Program-made: the position numbers and the translations under genes
Source of the DNA: an uncultured Verrucomicrobiae bacterium
GTDB lineage: Bacteria > Verrucomicrobiota > Verrucomicrobiia > Limisphaerales > UBA11358
Assembly (NCBI GenBank): GCA_963780535.1
Contig: CAWACS010000011.1
Coordinates: 6,594-70,593 of the forward strand
DNA length: 64,000 bases
Direction: 5' to 3'
Shown: positions 8,556 through 18,696 of the stretch, piece by piece
Position numbering within the stretch: the first letter of the stretch is position 1
Layout: the number at the start of each line of letters is the position of its first letter
Notes under the pieces: model-generated
The model's database searches: none
Told to the model about the DNA's origin: nothing
Seen by the model: the letters and a program-made list of their open reading frames with translations, nothing else

Positions 8556-11500
8556 TTGTACACGATGCAAGCCCTGAAAACTGGTTGGATGATCGGAAGA
8601 GGTGCCTTGATACAAGGGAGTTGTTACCCACCCTCGCCAGAAGGAGGTTCAGGATCATTCACCGGCCGGGTGCTGAAATTTCTGAGGCCGCTGGCCGTGG
8701 CTGCCGTTGTCATGGCCGCGGCTGGGATCGCCCGCGCACAAACTCCCGCAACGCTCACCGATTTGGGCACGACTCCCCCGACTCCAGGGCCGGTTGATAT
8801 TTACCAGTTAAGCACTTCCGGAGAGGTGGACATGCCTGACGGCCTGAATTATTACGATGACAATCAGTCGAACCATGGCGCCGGAGAGCCTGGCCAAACT
8901 TTTACAACGCCCAACACCTCGTCTGGCTATTTGCTTGATTCCCTCGCCATCAAAACCGGAGGCGGCACTACTTCAGGGACTGAAACGCCCCAAAGTTACC
9001 TCCTGCATCTCTATTCGGTATCTGGCAGCACTGCGACGCTGGTTGCGACTTATAGCGCGAACAATGTCACCTTTGCGGACGGCGACTGGTTGCAATGGAG
9101 CGGCTTCAGCCTGCCGTTGTCACCCAATGCCGTTTACGCGTATTCATTCGGGAAAGCTTCTGCCGCAGTGACCGGATGGGAGGAACTGGCGAATGCAGGT
9201 GGCAATCTTTATCCCGGAGGCGAGATTGGGCTGATGCCGGTTGCAGGAGGAACGATCACGTTCGGCAGCAGTCATGCCTACGATGGGGTCTTTGACTTGG
9301 GATTGATCTTGGCCAGCGGTCTGTCAGTCGCCCAGCCGACGGCCTCGCCTTCCAACACGGTATATGTCGGAACCACGGTGACATTCAATGTTTCCGTTAT
9401 CGGGGCAACGCCCTATTTTTATCAATGGCGTACAAACCACGTGAATCTTACCGGGGCCACCAACAGTTCGCTGGTATTGACGAACGTGGCGGTCACGGCT
9501 TCGGGCAACTACAACGTCGTGGTGCACAACAATACGTTCTCAACGAACAGCTCCACGCTGACCCTGACCGTCAACCCGGCCTCGCTGTCGGTGGTGACGA
9601 ATACACCGGCTACAGGGGTTCTGGCAACCCAGGCGATGTTGAACGGACAGGTCCTGGTTACCGGGGGAAGTTCGCCGCAGGTGACCGTTTATTATGGAAC
9701 CGTCAATGGCGGGACGAATGCCGCGGGCTGGTCACATGCGGTTGCCTTGGGTTCGCAAACCGGGGTGTTTACGGCAATGGTTTCGGGCCTGTCCACCAAC
9801 ACGGTCTATTTTTTCACGGCTTCCGCCTCCAATAATGTTGGCACCGCCTGGGCCGTTCCCTCCCAAACCTTCACCACCCTGGCCGCCAATCCGCCGCTGG
9901 TGGCGATGTTGACTTATCACTACGACAACACGCGCGATGGCGCGAACACGAATGAAGCCATCCTGACGCCCGGCACCGTCAATGTGAACAGTTTCGGCAA
10001 GTTGTTTTCCTACACGGTGGATGGCCAGGTTTACGCGGCGCCGCTGGTCATGACCAATGTCACCATTCCCGGCCAGGGGGTGCATGACGTCGTCTATGTG
10101 GCCACCGAGCACGACAGTGTTTATGCGTTTGACGCGGACAGCAACGCGGGCACAAACGGCGGACTGCTGTGGAGTACCAATCTGGGCATTTCGGCCGTGA
10201 CGCCCAACAATGATTTTGGCAACCGCTATGGGCCCTATCATGATTTGGACCCCGAAATGGGGATCACCGGCACGCCGGTGATTGATCCGGCTTCAGGCAC
10301 ACTCTACGTGGATTTATTCACTCACGAGGGCACCAACATCTATTACCATCGCATTCATGCCTTGGACATCGCCACCGGCAATGAAAGGTCCTACAGTCCG
10401 GTGCTGGTCGCGGCCTCGGTTCCCGGAGTAGGCGTGGATAGTTCGAATGGAGTGGTGACATTTAATCCGGAACAACAGCATGAGCGGCCCGCGATGACCC
10501 TCGCGGGCGGGAAGTTGTTCGTTGCTTACGGCAGTTACGCGGATACCGACCCCTATCACGGCTGGGTCCTGGGATATAACGCCACGAACCTGCAGTTGGT
10601 GACCAATTATGTTTTCAACACCACCCCCAACGCCACCACGGCCGAATTTGGCGCCAATGCCGCCGAAGGCGCCCTTTGGATGGGGGGGGACGGGCTATGT
10701 GTTGATGCGAGCAACAATTTGTATTTTGAGACGGCCAACGGCTCCTTTAGCGCCAACACGAACGGAGGAGATTATGGCGACAGCTTTGTCAAACTTGCCA
10801 CCACCAACGGACTGAAGGTGGCTGACTATTTTACTCCCTATAATCAGGCCAATATGCAGTCTGCTGACGCCGACCTTGGCTCGGGTGGACCGGTTCTATT
10901 GCCGGATGCAATGGGCAGTGTGGCCCACCCACACCTGATCGTCGGCGCCGGCAAGTATGGAATAATTCATCTGGTGGATCGCGACAACATGGGGCATTAC
11001 AACACCGCCAACGACAGTCAGATCGTGCAAGAGGTGCCCAGCGCGATTGGCAGCGCGTTCTGTACGCCTGCTTACTTTAATCACCTGATTTTCTATCAGG
11101 GTGATAATGACGTGATGAAGGCATTCGCCATCACCAATGCCGTCATCACCGCCACGCCCGTATCCCAATCCGGCGATTCCTTCGGTTATCATGGTTCCAC
11201 TCCGGTGATTTCCGCCAATGGCACGAACAACGCCATCGCCTGGGTCATTGAGGCGGACGCCTATGCGAGCGCCGGACCGGCGGTTTTGCGCGCCTACAAT
11301 GCTTATAATCTCGCCCAGGAGTTGTACAACAGCAGTCAGAACCTCGCCCGGGACAACCCCGGACCGGCGGTCAAGTTCACCGTGCCTACTGTGGTCAATG
11401 GCAAGGTGTATGTCGGTGCGCAATACGAATTGTCGGTGTTCGGCACCAGTACGTTCCTGGCCACGCCGGTCATCTCGCCCAATGGCGGCACTTTTATCAA

Positions 11501-13970
11501 TTCGGTGACGGTAACCTTGTCCGATGCAACGCCGGGCACTGCCATCTATTACACGCTCAATGGCACCACCCCCACCACCAATTCGATTCTTTACACCGGC
11601 CCGTTTCCATTGACGAACAGCGTGTTGCTCCAGGTTGTGGCCACGCAGCCCGGTGCGGTGAACAGCGGCGTGGCCATCGCGAGTTTTATCAACAGTTCAG
11701 CCGTTGGCAACGGGACCGGATTATTGGGCCAATATTGGACCAACACCACCAGTGCGGCCTTCACCAATGTAACGTTTAATACGTTGCCGACCCTGACCCG
11801 CACCGACGCCGTGGTAAACTTCAACTGGAACAGCACCGGGCCGGATCCAAGGGTCGGTCAAAGCAATTTCACGGCGCGGTGGACCGGTTCGGTCCAGCCA
11901 CAGTTCAACGAAACCTATACCTTTTATGCCACCGCCGATGACGGGGTGCGCCTGTGGGTGAATGGCCAGCTTTTGGTGAACCAATGGATTGCCGAAGCGC
12001 CAACGACCTATCAAGGTTCCATCACCCTCAAAGCCCAGCAGCTTTACAATATTCGGATGGATTATTTCCAGGCTGGCGGTGGCGCCGAAGCCATCCTGGC
12101 TTGGAGCAGTCCCTCCACGCCGCAAACCGTCATCCCGCAAACGCAATTGTATCCGTACACGAATCCCGCGCCAACCGTCGTCCTGTCGAGTCCGACCAAC
12201 GGCGCCACTTATACGGCGGCCGCCAGCGTGACCATCGGAGCCATGGCTGACGCGCCCTACAATCCGATCAATCAGGTGGCGTTTTATGCCAACGGCAGTT
12301 TGCTCGGCACCCTCACCAACAGCCCCAATGCGCCACTGTACACGCTTACGACGACCGGCCTGGGTGCGGGCAGTTATGCGCTGACGGCCATTGCCACCGA
12401 CGGCAGCGGTTTGAGCAGCACGTCCGCGCCGGTCAACATCACCGTCAACGCCGGCAGCGGACTGTCCTATGGTTTGGCCACCAACGGGGCTGCTCCCGCA
12501 TTTTATAACCTGCCGACCACTTATCTGCCTGGCTCGATTCCAGTGTTGCTTTCACAAACCGGCGTGTTCAGCGATACGCCCAGCATGACGCCCACCAGCG
12601 GCCTGATCCCGTACCAGCCGAATGTGATCCTTTGGTCGGATGGCGCACAGAAAATCCGTTACCTGGCTGTGCCGAACAACGGCGGGACCATCACACCGGA
12701 CCAACAGATCAATTTTGTTCCGACGGGCTCGTGGACGTTCCCGGCTGGCACTGTGTTCGTTAAAACATTTGAGCTGCAAACCAATCAGAGTGATCCGAAT
12801 TCCATCCTTCGCCTGGAAACCCGCTTGCTGGTACGGGATATTAACGGAGCGGTTTATGGCGTGACTTACAAGTGGCGCACCAACAACAGCGATGCTGATT
12901 TGCTCACGAGCAGCCTTACTCAGGCGATTCCGATCACGACACCCAGCGGGGTGGTGACACAGACGTGGTATTACCCGAGCCCGGCGGATTGCCTGTCGTG
13001 TCACACTCCCGTGGCCAATTATGTTTTGGGCGTCAATTCCCGCCAGTTGAACGGTAGCTTCACCTATCCGGCAACGGGGAACACGGATAACCAGTTGCGG
13101 ACGCTGAATCACCTCGGTCTGTTTAACCCCGCCTTCAACGAGGCTGCCATCACCAATTTTGAAAAACTCTCCGCGCTTACCAACCTGACCACATCGCTTC
13201 AGGATCGCGCCCGCTCCTACCTGGACGCCAACTGCGCCCAGTGCCATCAACCAGGCGGCACTGGCATCACGTTCGATGGGCGTTATGATACGCCGCTGGC
13301 CAGTCAAAATATCATCAACGCCGCCGTGGCGGGCGACCTGGGTTATGACAACGCCCACATCGTCACGCCGAAGGATGTCTGGCGTTCCGTTCTCTATGAC
13401 CGGATGAATACGCTGGACGGGACCATCAAAATGCCGCCGTTGGCGCGCAATTTGATTGATACCAATGCGGTGGCGGTCATGGCGGCCTGGATCAACAGTC
13501 TGCCCGGCACACCGGCTTTGGCGCCGCCGACCATCGTTCCCAATGGCGGCGCCTTCATCGCCTCGGTCCAGGTCAGCGTCCAGCCGCCGGATCCCAACGC
13601 GGCGGTTTACTACACATTGGATGGTTCTCTGCCCACGACCAACTCCTTCCTTTATTCCGGAACGGTCAGCCTGACGGGCAGCGCGACCTTCTCGGCCAAC
13701 GCCTACGAAGCCGGCTACAACAACAGTGTCGCCGCCAGTGCCCTGTTCATCGTTCAGCCGCTGATGTTCACCTCGGCCGGCTTCACGAATCAGGTGTTCC
13801 AGTTGGGCTTCGCCGGCGCGACGGGCAGCAATTATGTGTTGCAGGCCAGCACCAATCTCGTGAATTGGGTTCCCCTCAGCACCAACGTCGCTTCCACCAA
13901 CCTGTTTAATCTGTTTGATCCGGGCGCGACGAACTTCCCGTACCGCTTTTATCGGGTTCTGCAACAATGA
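8556..13970 (+). CDS. Giant (1804 aa) secreted multidomain protein: Ig-like repeats, PQQ-like beta-propeller, chitobiase-C-like domains, PA14, a CxxCH-containing module and a C-terminal FYR-ending domain
   Basis: Signal-like [35 protein letters not shown]...[10 protein letters not shown]...[15 protein letters not shown] is propeller-type. [40 protein letters not shown] is PA14-type. Two CxxCH motifs are present (CLSCH, CAQCH). IYYTLNG/VYYTLDG repeats occur. The exact start is uncertain. Confidence 0.8.
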   Translation: MYTMQALKTGWMIGRGALIQGSCYPPSPEGGSGSFTGRVLKFLRPLAVAAVVMAAAGIARAQTPATLTDLGTTPPTPGPVDIYQLSTSGEVDMPDGLNYYDDNQSNHGAGEPGQTFTTPNTSSGYLLDSLAIKTGGGTTSGTETPQSYLLHLYSVSGSTATLVATYSANNVTFADGDWLQWSGFSLPLSPNAVYAYSFGKASAAVTGWEELANAGGNLYPGGEIGLMPVAGGTITFGSSHAYDGVFDLGLILASGLSVAQPTASPSNTVYVGTTVTFNVSVIGATPYFYQWRTNHVNLTGATNSSLVLTNVAVTASGNYNVVVHNNTFSTNSSTLTLTVNPASLSVVTNTPATGVLATQAMLNGQVLVTGGSSPQVTVYYGTVNGGTNAAGWSHAVALGSQTGVFTAMVSGLSTNTVYFFTASASNNVGTAWAVPSQTFTTLAANPPLVAMLTYHYDNTRDGANTNEAILTPGTVNVNSFGKLFSYTVDGQVYAAPLVMTNVTIPGQGVHDVVYVATEHDSVYAFDADSNAGTNGGLLWSTNLGISAVTPNNDFGNRYGPYHDLDPEMGITGTPVIDPASGTLYVDLFTHEGTNIYYHRIHALDIATGNERSYSPVLVAASVPGVGVDSSNGVVTFNPEQQHERPAMTLAGGKLFVAYGSYADTDPYHGWVLGYNATNLQLVTNYVFNTTPNATTAEFGANAAEGALWMGGDGLCVDASNNLYFETANGSFSANTNGGDYGDSFVKLATTNGLKVADYFTPYNQANMQSADADLGSGGPVLLPDAMGSVAHPHLIVGAGKYGIIHLVDRDNMGHYNTANDSQIVQEVPSAIGSAFCTPAYFNHLIFYQGDNDVMKAFAITNAVITATPVSQSGDSFGYHGSTPVISANGTNNAIAWVIEADAYASAGPAVLRAYNAYNLAQELYNSSQNLARDNPGPAVKFTVPTVVNGKVYVGAQYELSVFGTSTFLATPVISPNGGTFINSVTVTLSDATPGTAIYYTLNGTTPTTNSILYTGPFPLTNSVLLQVVATQPGAVNSGVAIASFINSSAVGNGTGLLGQYWTNTTSAAFTNVTFNTLPTLTRTDAVVNFNWNSTGPDPRVGQSNFTARWTGSVQPQFNETYTFYATADDGVRLWVNGQLLVNQWIAEAPTTYQGSITLKAQQLYNIRMDYFQAGGGAEAILAWSSPSTPQTVIPQTQLYPYTNPAPTVVLSSPTNGATYTAAASVTIGAMADAPYNPINQVAFYANGSLLGTLTNSPNAPLYTLTTTGLGAGSYALTAIATDGSGLSSTSAPVNITVNAGSGLSYGLATNGAAPAFYNLPTTYLPGSIPVLLSQTGVFSDTPSMTPTSGLIPYQPNVILWSDGAQKIRYLAVPNNGGTITPDQQINFVPTGSWTFPAGTVFVKTFELQTNQSDPNSILRLETRLLVRDINGAVYGVTYKWRTNNSDADLLTSSLTQAIPITTPSGVVTQTWYYPSPADCLSCHTPVANYVLGVNSRQLNGSFTYPATGNTDNQLRTLNHLGLFNPAFNEAAITNFEKLSALTNLTTSLQDRARSYLDANCAQCHQPGGTGITFDGRYDTPLASQNIINAAVAGDLGYDNAHIVTPKDVWRSVLYDRMNTLDGTIKMPPLARNLIDTNAVAVMAAWINSLPGTPALAPPTIVPNGGAFIASVQVSVQPPDPNAAVYYTLDGSLPTTNSFLYSGTVSLTGSATFSANAYEAGYNNSVAASALFIVQPLMFTSAGFTNQVFQLGFAGATGSNYVLQASTNLVNWVPLSTNVASTNLFNLFDPGATNFPYRFYRVLQQ

Positions 13971-14695
13971 CCCTTGCCCCGTCCCGCAGATCCCGGAACC
14001 GTCCCGGCTTTACATTGATTGAACTGTTGGTCGTCATCGCCATCATTGCCATCCTGGCAGCCCTCCTGCTTCCCGCCCTGGCGGCCGCAAAACAGCGGGC
14101 GCAGCGGATCGCCTGCGTTTCCAATCTCCGGCAAATCGGCGTCGCGTTTGCCTTGTGCCTGGGTAATAACAACGACCGTTTTCCCGACCGGCGCGATCTG
14201 AAGTCCAGCCTGCCAGGAGGGTATCATCCCTGGACCACCTGGCCTCCCTCCGATCCGCGCGGAGGTTGGGCGGCTGTGGTGCTGCAGCCCTTCGGCACGG
14301 CCGATTCCATCTGGTCCTGCCCAGCGTCGATCACTGCCCGGGCCGGAAACCTTGTGCAATCCATGCAGGCATCCTCCACCAACGCCAATCCGCCCCTGGT
14401 TCGCTATTGGCTCTGGCGTTTTGACCGGCCGGACGATCCGGTGGGGTTGGAGGATTTTTGGGGCAAGACCGCTGCCCAGGCGGTCTCCGATCTGCAGTCC
14501 ACGAACGATCCGACCGTCGGCTTCATCATTGGCCCCAGTGCCGTTGAACTGACGGTGGATCCTTATTTTCCCAAGACCGTTCCGACCGTCCCCGCGGGGA
14601 TGTCGGGCCGCACCATTCACGCCGGCGGTCGCAACCGGGTGTTCATGGACGGCCATACCGCTTTTACCAAGGACGTGCGAACACCGTTGCAATAA
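13967..14695 (+). CDS. Prepilin-type N-terminal cleavage/methylation protein of the DUF1559 / H-X9-DG family
   Basis: [25 protein letters not shown] pseudopilin N-terminus. The C-terminal [12 protein letters not shown] fits H-X9-DG. The start overlaps the stop of the giant gene (ATGA). Confidence 0.9.
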   Translation: MTLAPSRRSRNRPGFTLIELLVVIAIIAILAALLLPALAAAKQRAQRIACVSNLRQIGVAFALCLGNNNDRFPDRRDLKSSLPGGYHPWTTWPPSDPRGGWAAVVLQPFGTADSIWSCPASITARAGNLVQSMQASSTNANPPLVRYWLWRFDRPDDPVGLEDFWGKTAAQAVSDLQSTNDPTVGFIIGPSAVELTVDPYFPKTVPTVPAGMSGRTIHAGGRNRVFMDGHTAFTKDVRTPLQ

Positions 14696-14806
14696 TTGCC
14701 GCAACCGGCCAGCGCCGGGGGCGTTGAGCGACAAGGATTGATACTCGCGCCGTAATTTTCTTTCACTCCGCCCCGAATTCGTGTTTCATCTGTGGCCGTT
14801 TGAACG

Positions 14807-16312
14807 ATGCCTAAACGTACTGACATTCATTCCGTCCTCATCATTGGCGCCGGCCCGATCATCATCGGCCAGGCCTGCGAGTTCGATTATTCCGGCACCC
14901 AGGCCTGCAAAGCCCTTCGCGAGGAAGGCTACCGTGTCATCCTCATCAACTCCAACCCGGCAACCATCATGACCGACCCGGAGTTTGCCGACCGCACCTA
15001 TATCGAGCCCATCACCCCGGAATGCGTTGAAAAAATCATCGTCCGCGAGAAGGAGGAAATGGTGAAGCTTGGTGCGAAGGGCAAGCTCGTTTTACTGCCA
15101 ACACTCGGCGGCCAGACCGCGCTCAACACGGCCATGGCCTTGCACCGTTCCGGCGTGCTGGAAAAATATGGCATCGAAATGATTGGCGCCAGGGCCGAGG
15201 CCATCCACAAGGGCGAAGACCGCCTGGCTTTCAAGGAATTGATGCTCTCCATCGGCCTCGACGTGCCGGTTTCCGGCGTCGCCCATGACATGACCGAGGC
15301 CCGCGCCATCGCGGACAGGATTGGCCGGCTTCCCCTGATCATCCGGCCTGCGTTCACGCTCGGTGGCACCGGCGGCGGCATTGCCTACAATCGCGACGAA
15401 TTTGAGGAACTCGCCAAGCGCGGCATGGACCTCTCGCCCGTTTCGGAAATTCTCATCGAAGAATCCCTGCTCGGCTGGAAGGAGTACGAAATGGAGGTCA
15501 TGCGCGACAAGGCCGACAACTGCGTCATCATCTGTTCCATCGAGAACTTCGATCCAATGGGCGTGCACACCGGCGATTCCATCACCGTCGCGCCCATCCA
15601 GACGCTGACGGACAAGGAATTCCAGATCATGCGCGACCAGAGTTTCGCCGTGATCCGCGCCGTGGGCGTCGAGACCGGCGGCTCAAACATCCAGTTCGGG
15701 GTCAACCCGGACACCGGCCGCATGGTCATCATCGAGATGAACCCGCGCGTCAGCCGCAGCTCGGCGCTGGCGTCCAAAGCCACCGGCTTTCCCATCGCCA
15801 AAATTGCCGCCAAACTTGCCGTGGGCTACCTGCTCGACGAGATCCGGAACGACATCACGCGCGAGACGCCGGCCAGTTTCGAGCCGACCATTGACTACGT
15901 GGTCACCAAGATTCCGCGGTTCGCGTTCGAGAAATTTGCGCAGGCCGACCCGACACTGACGACGCAGATGAAAAGCGTCGGCGAAGCAATGGCCATCGGC
16001 CGGACGTTCAAGGAAAGCCTCCAGAAATGTCTGCGGTCACTGGAGATTGGCCGCAGCGGCCTGGGCGGTGACGGCAAACCGTGGCGCATCGGCACGGAAG
16101 TTTATGGCGACCGCGACATCCTGCCCAAGGACGTCATCAGCCGAAAGCTCAGCGTGCCCAACGCCGAACGCATCTTCTTCATCCGCCATGCCTTGCGCGC
16201 CGGCTTCACCATCGACGAAATTTTCAATCTCACCAAAATCGATCGCTGGTTCCTGGTTCAAATAAAAGAAATCGTCGATTTCGAGGAAGAATTGGCGACA
16301 GTGAAGAATTAG
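14807..16312 (+). CDS. carB: Carbamoyl-phosphate synthase large subunit, N-terminal 501 codons only (truncated)
   Basis: [57 protein letters not shown] and onward are collinear with CarB as I recall it. The ORF stops right after [24 protein letters not shown], inside the oligomerisation domain. The second ATP-grasp half and the allosteric domain are absent from the window. Confidence 0.9.
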   Translation: MPKRTDIHSVLIIGAGPIIIGQACEFDYSGTQACKALREEGYRVILINSNPATIMTDPEFADRTYIEPITPECVEKIIVREKEEMVKLGAKGKLVLLPTLGGQTALNTAMALHRSGVLEKYGIEMIGARAEAIHKGEDRLAFKELMLSIGLDVPVSGVAHDMTEARAIADRIGRLPLIIRPAFTLGGTGGGIAYNRDEFEELAKRGMDLSPVSEILIEESLLGWKEYEMEVMRDKADNCVIICSIENFDPMGVHTGDSITVAPIQTLTDKEFQIMRDQSFAVIRAVGVETGGSNIQFGVNPDTGRMVIIEMNPRVSRSSALASKATGFPIAKIAAKLAVGYLLDEIRNDITRETPASFEPTIDYVVTKIPRFAFEKFAQADPTLTTQMKSVGEAMAIGRTFKESLQKCLRSLEIGRSGLGGDGKPWRIGTEVYGDRDILPKDVISRKLSVPNAERIFFIRHALRAGFTIDEIFNLTKIDRWFLVQIKEIVDFEEELATVKN

Positions 16313-16384
16313 GTAGGGCGCGTCACTCCGTGCGCGCCGGTGGGGCGAGGACCTGTCCCGCACTGCGGTGATCCTCGCGAGCCG
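16313..16384. repeat. Two abutting REP-like elements: a GTAGGG-type hairpin (16313-16338) and a truncated GGTGGGGCGAG-type element (16339-16384)
   Basis: gtagggcgcgtcactccgtgcgcgcc is followed by ggtggggcgagg...cctcgcgagccg. The left arm and centre match the 50-nt elements at 21215 and 60800. The right arm ctcgccccacc is missing. Confidence 0.7.
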
Positions 16385-16395
16385 CATTAGAATTC

Positions 16396-16553
16396 GAGGT
16401 CGCAAATTACGACCTCAAGTTTTGACGCTCCGCCAACTCAATGCAAATGAGGCTCTTAAGCTGAACCGGTCACAAACTGTGACCGGTTCGAACTTGAGAT
16501 GCCAGATTGGCACCTCAAGTTTGTTGCCATTCAAGATCACAATTTGTGACCTT
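16396..16553. repeat. Cluster of four related palindromes upstream of the methylase gene
   Basis: The four palindromes are: gaggtcg-caaatta-cgacctc (16396-16416); gaaccggtcaca-aac-tgtgaccggttc (16463-16489, perfect 12-bp stem); aacttgagatgcca-gat-tggcacctcaagtt (16491-16523, 1 mismatch); aagatcaca-att-tgtgacctt (16533-16553, 1 mismatch). A shared TCACA-N3-TGTGA core and a CTCAAGTT flank recur. Confidence 0.75.
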
Positions 16554-16617
16554 AAACAAATAGCTGCTTCCCAAAGTTAATGGGTACATGTAATTTCTGA
16601 ACAGAATTGAAACATAC

Positions 16618-17574
16618 GTGAACAGAACTAAAATCATTGCTCCATCAAAGATTATATTGGCTGAGTCGATGGTGATTGAGGGTGACGTGAGAGAGGTACT
16701 TACCCGACTCCCCGAAGAAAGTGTTCAATGTGTGGTAACGTCTCCTCCTTATTGGGGGCTTCGCGACTATGGGATTTCGGGACAAATCGGTCTTGAAAAG
16801 ACACTGACGGGTTTTATCCACCAACTCACGAGTGTTTTCGCTGAAGTTCGCCGTGTCTTGAGGCCGGATGGGATTCTCTGGCTAAACATTGGCGACGGTT
16901 ACACCAGCGGGAATCGTGGCTGGCGTGCATCGGATAAGAAAAATCCCAATCGTGCGATGTCGGTACGACCAGACAATCCGCCGGGTCTGAAAGACAAAGA
17001 TTTATTGGGCGTGCCGTGGCACTTGGCTTTTGCGTTGCAAGCGGACGGTTGGTTTCTACGCAGTGATATTATCTGGCATAAGCCCAATGCGATGCCGGAG
17101 AGTGTCAAAGACCGCCCGACTCGCGCTCATGAGTATCTATTTATGTTCACCAAGAGCGAGCATTATACCTATTTTCCAAAAGCTGTCATGGAGGAAGCAG
17201 AGCAGGGGCTACGGAATCGTCGAACGGTGTGGAGTGTCAACACGGCGCCGTCTCTTGGTGAGCATGTCGCGTCATTCCCGCCAGAGTTGGTCAAACCATG
17301 CATACTAGCCTCTACCCAGCCTGACGATTTCGTTCTTGATCCTTTTTTTGGTGTTGGAACGGTGGGTTTGGTAGCAAAGCGATACCTCCGGCGTTTTGTT
17401 GGTATCGAATTGAATCCGGAGTACGCGAGCGAAGCTGAAAAGGTGCTCTCGCAGGCACAAAACGGAGGTTCTCGACGCAACGGTTCCCAACATCATGAAA
17501 GGAAACATGAGTATCAACCTGCCTTCCACGAATCTTCAGGCAAGTATCGCATTCGAGCTCGCAGAGATTCGTAA
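16618..17574 (+). CDS. Beta-class DNA methyltransferase (N4-cytosine or N6-adenine; an SPPY motif favours N4-C)
   Basis: Motif IV VVTSPPYWGLRDY precedes motif I DFVLDPFFGVGTVGLVA, which is the beta-class order. GTG start. Hand-sampled GC is ~42-52%, against ~58-62% in the flanks. Confidence 0.85.
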   Translation: MNRTKIIAPSKIILAESMVIEGDVREVLTRLPEESVQCVVTSPPYWGLRDYGISGQIGLEKTLTGFIHQLTSVFAEVRRVLRPDGILWLNIGDGYTSGNRGWRASDKKNPNRAMSVRPDNPPGLKDKDLLGVPWHLAFALQADGWFLRSDIIWHKPNAMPESVKDRPTRAHEYLFMFTKSEHYTYFPKAVMEEAEQGLRNRRTVWSVNTAPSLGEHVASFPPELVKPCILASTQPDDFVLDPFFGVGTVGLVAKRYLRRFVGIELNPEYASEAEKVLSQAQNGGSRRNGSQHHERKHEYQPAFHESSGKYRIRARRDS

Positions 17575-18496
17575 GCTGTTGCTCCAGCAAGCTCTCGCCG
17601 AGGCCGTACGAAGCCTTGATCTACAAAACATCAACGCGGAACTCGATGCACTGGCTCCCAAAAATGACCTGGCCCAACTTGCCAGCCATGGCATTCGAGG
17701 TGAGCTACTTTTTGCCGTCCCCTGTCTGCTCAACGCGAACCCCAAACTCCTTGGCTACTACCGGTTGCTCCTTGGTTTCAGTCAGAAGGAGTTTTATAAC
17801 AAGAGCAAACTCGCCCGATTTGAAGGGCTGGAATCCAAAGGGCAGATGACCAGCCGAGTGGCTAATGAAATGCAGGAACTTTGTCTTGCGCTAGTAACTC
17901 GCGCTTCGGAAATGGCAAACGCAATCGGCTTCAGCCGCATCACTAAGGAACTCCTTGACGACCTCACATTGCTCACACTCGGGCCGCAACTCCGCGGTAG
18001 CCGTAACACCCGAATTGGCAAAGCAGCCAATAAAGCTGTTTTCAAGATTATTGAACGCATCGTTCGCCATGCTCTTTCCAAGGCAACCGGCACAAAGCTC
18101 AAATTGAATAATGCTGCAGGACGCTCAGTTACCATCTCCTTTTCCGCCGATCCGGATATCAGCGTAACCGAGGATATTTCCTTGAAAACCGTTAAGCGAA
18201 TAGTTGCCATTGAAATCAAAGGTGGCGCCGACAAATCCAATATCTGGAACCGGCTTGGTGAGGCTGAGAAAAGTCACCAGAGTGCCAAACAGCGTGGATT
18301 TGTTGAGTTTTGGACTATTTACAATGTGCCTGATTTGGACCAGGAGAAAGCTAGAGAAAAATCTCCGACAACCACGCGTTTCTACAGTCTGATTGAGCTT
18401 TCTAACATAACCTCGGATGCCTTTGCAGATTTTCGTGACCGACTGATTTCTTTGGTTGGGATTAAGGCTGCACCTGTTGTGCGAAAACGGAAATGA
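17495..18496 (+). CDS. Putative Type II restriction endonuclease partnered with the 16618 methylase
   Basis: 333-aa ORF overlapping the methylase 3' end by 80 nt (68 nt from the alternative ATG at 17507). A PD...ExK-like arrangement is present (SADPDISV ... VAIEIKGG). The LLGYYRLLLGFSQKEF block reminds me of XcyI/Cfr9I-type enzymes, but this is unverified. Confidence 0.55.
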   Translation: MKGNMSINLPSTNLQASIAFELAEIRKLLLQQALAEAVRSLDLQNINAELDALAPKNDLAQLASHGIRGELLFAVPCLLNANPKLLGYYRLLLGFSQKEFYNKSKLARFEGLESKGQMTSRVANEMQELCLALVTRASEMANAIGFSRITKELLDDLTLLTLGPQLRGSRNTRIGKAANKAVFKIIERIVRHALSKATGTKLKLNNAAGRSVTISFSADPDISVTEDISLKTVKRIVAIEIKGGADKSNIWNRLGEAEKSHQSAKQRGFVEFWTIYNVPDLDQEKAREKSPTTTRFYSLIELSNITSDAFADFRDRLISLVGIKAAPVVRKRK

Positions 18497-18556
18497 GCAG
18501 GATATCCACGTTGACCACTTGCCGTTGCATGTGCGCTCAACCTTTCCCAACCCGAT

Positions 18557-18675
18557 TCACTTCATCACCGGCTGGTAACCCTGCCACTGCCATTCCAGGG
18601 CTTCAGCCAACCTTTGGTATTTCACCTGGCCGTCCACATGCCCGGCGTTGCGGGGAAAAATGAATTGGCAATCGT
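18557..18675 (-). pseudogene. 3'-terminal remnant of an esterase gene, paralogous to the end of 20047..21171
   Basis: The minus-strand translation ...CQFIFPRNAGHVDGQVKYQRLAEALEWQWQGYQPVMK* matches ...YQFIFARNAGHVDDRVKQLTLPEALEWLWYDYQPDIK* at the end of the esterase. No N-terminal part is present. Confidence 0.65.
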
Positions 18676-18696
18676 CCGACCAATTTTCCTCAACGT

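Noticed and set aside
14807-16312. The idea that carB is a naturally split gene, as in Aquifex.
   Set aside because: This is not adopted as the primary call. The break falls inside the oligomerisation domain rather than between the two homologous halves, and it coincides exactly with repeat elements. It is kept as an alternative in the finding on the truncated carB.
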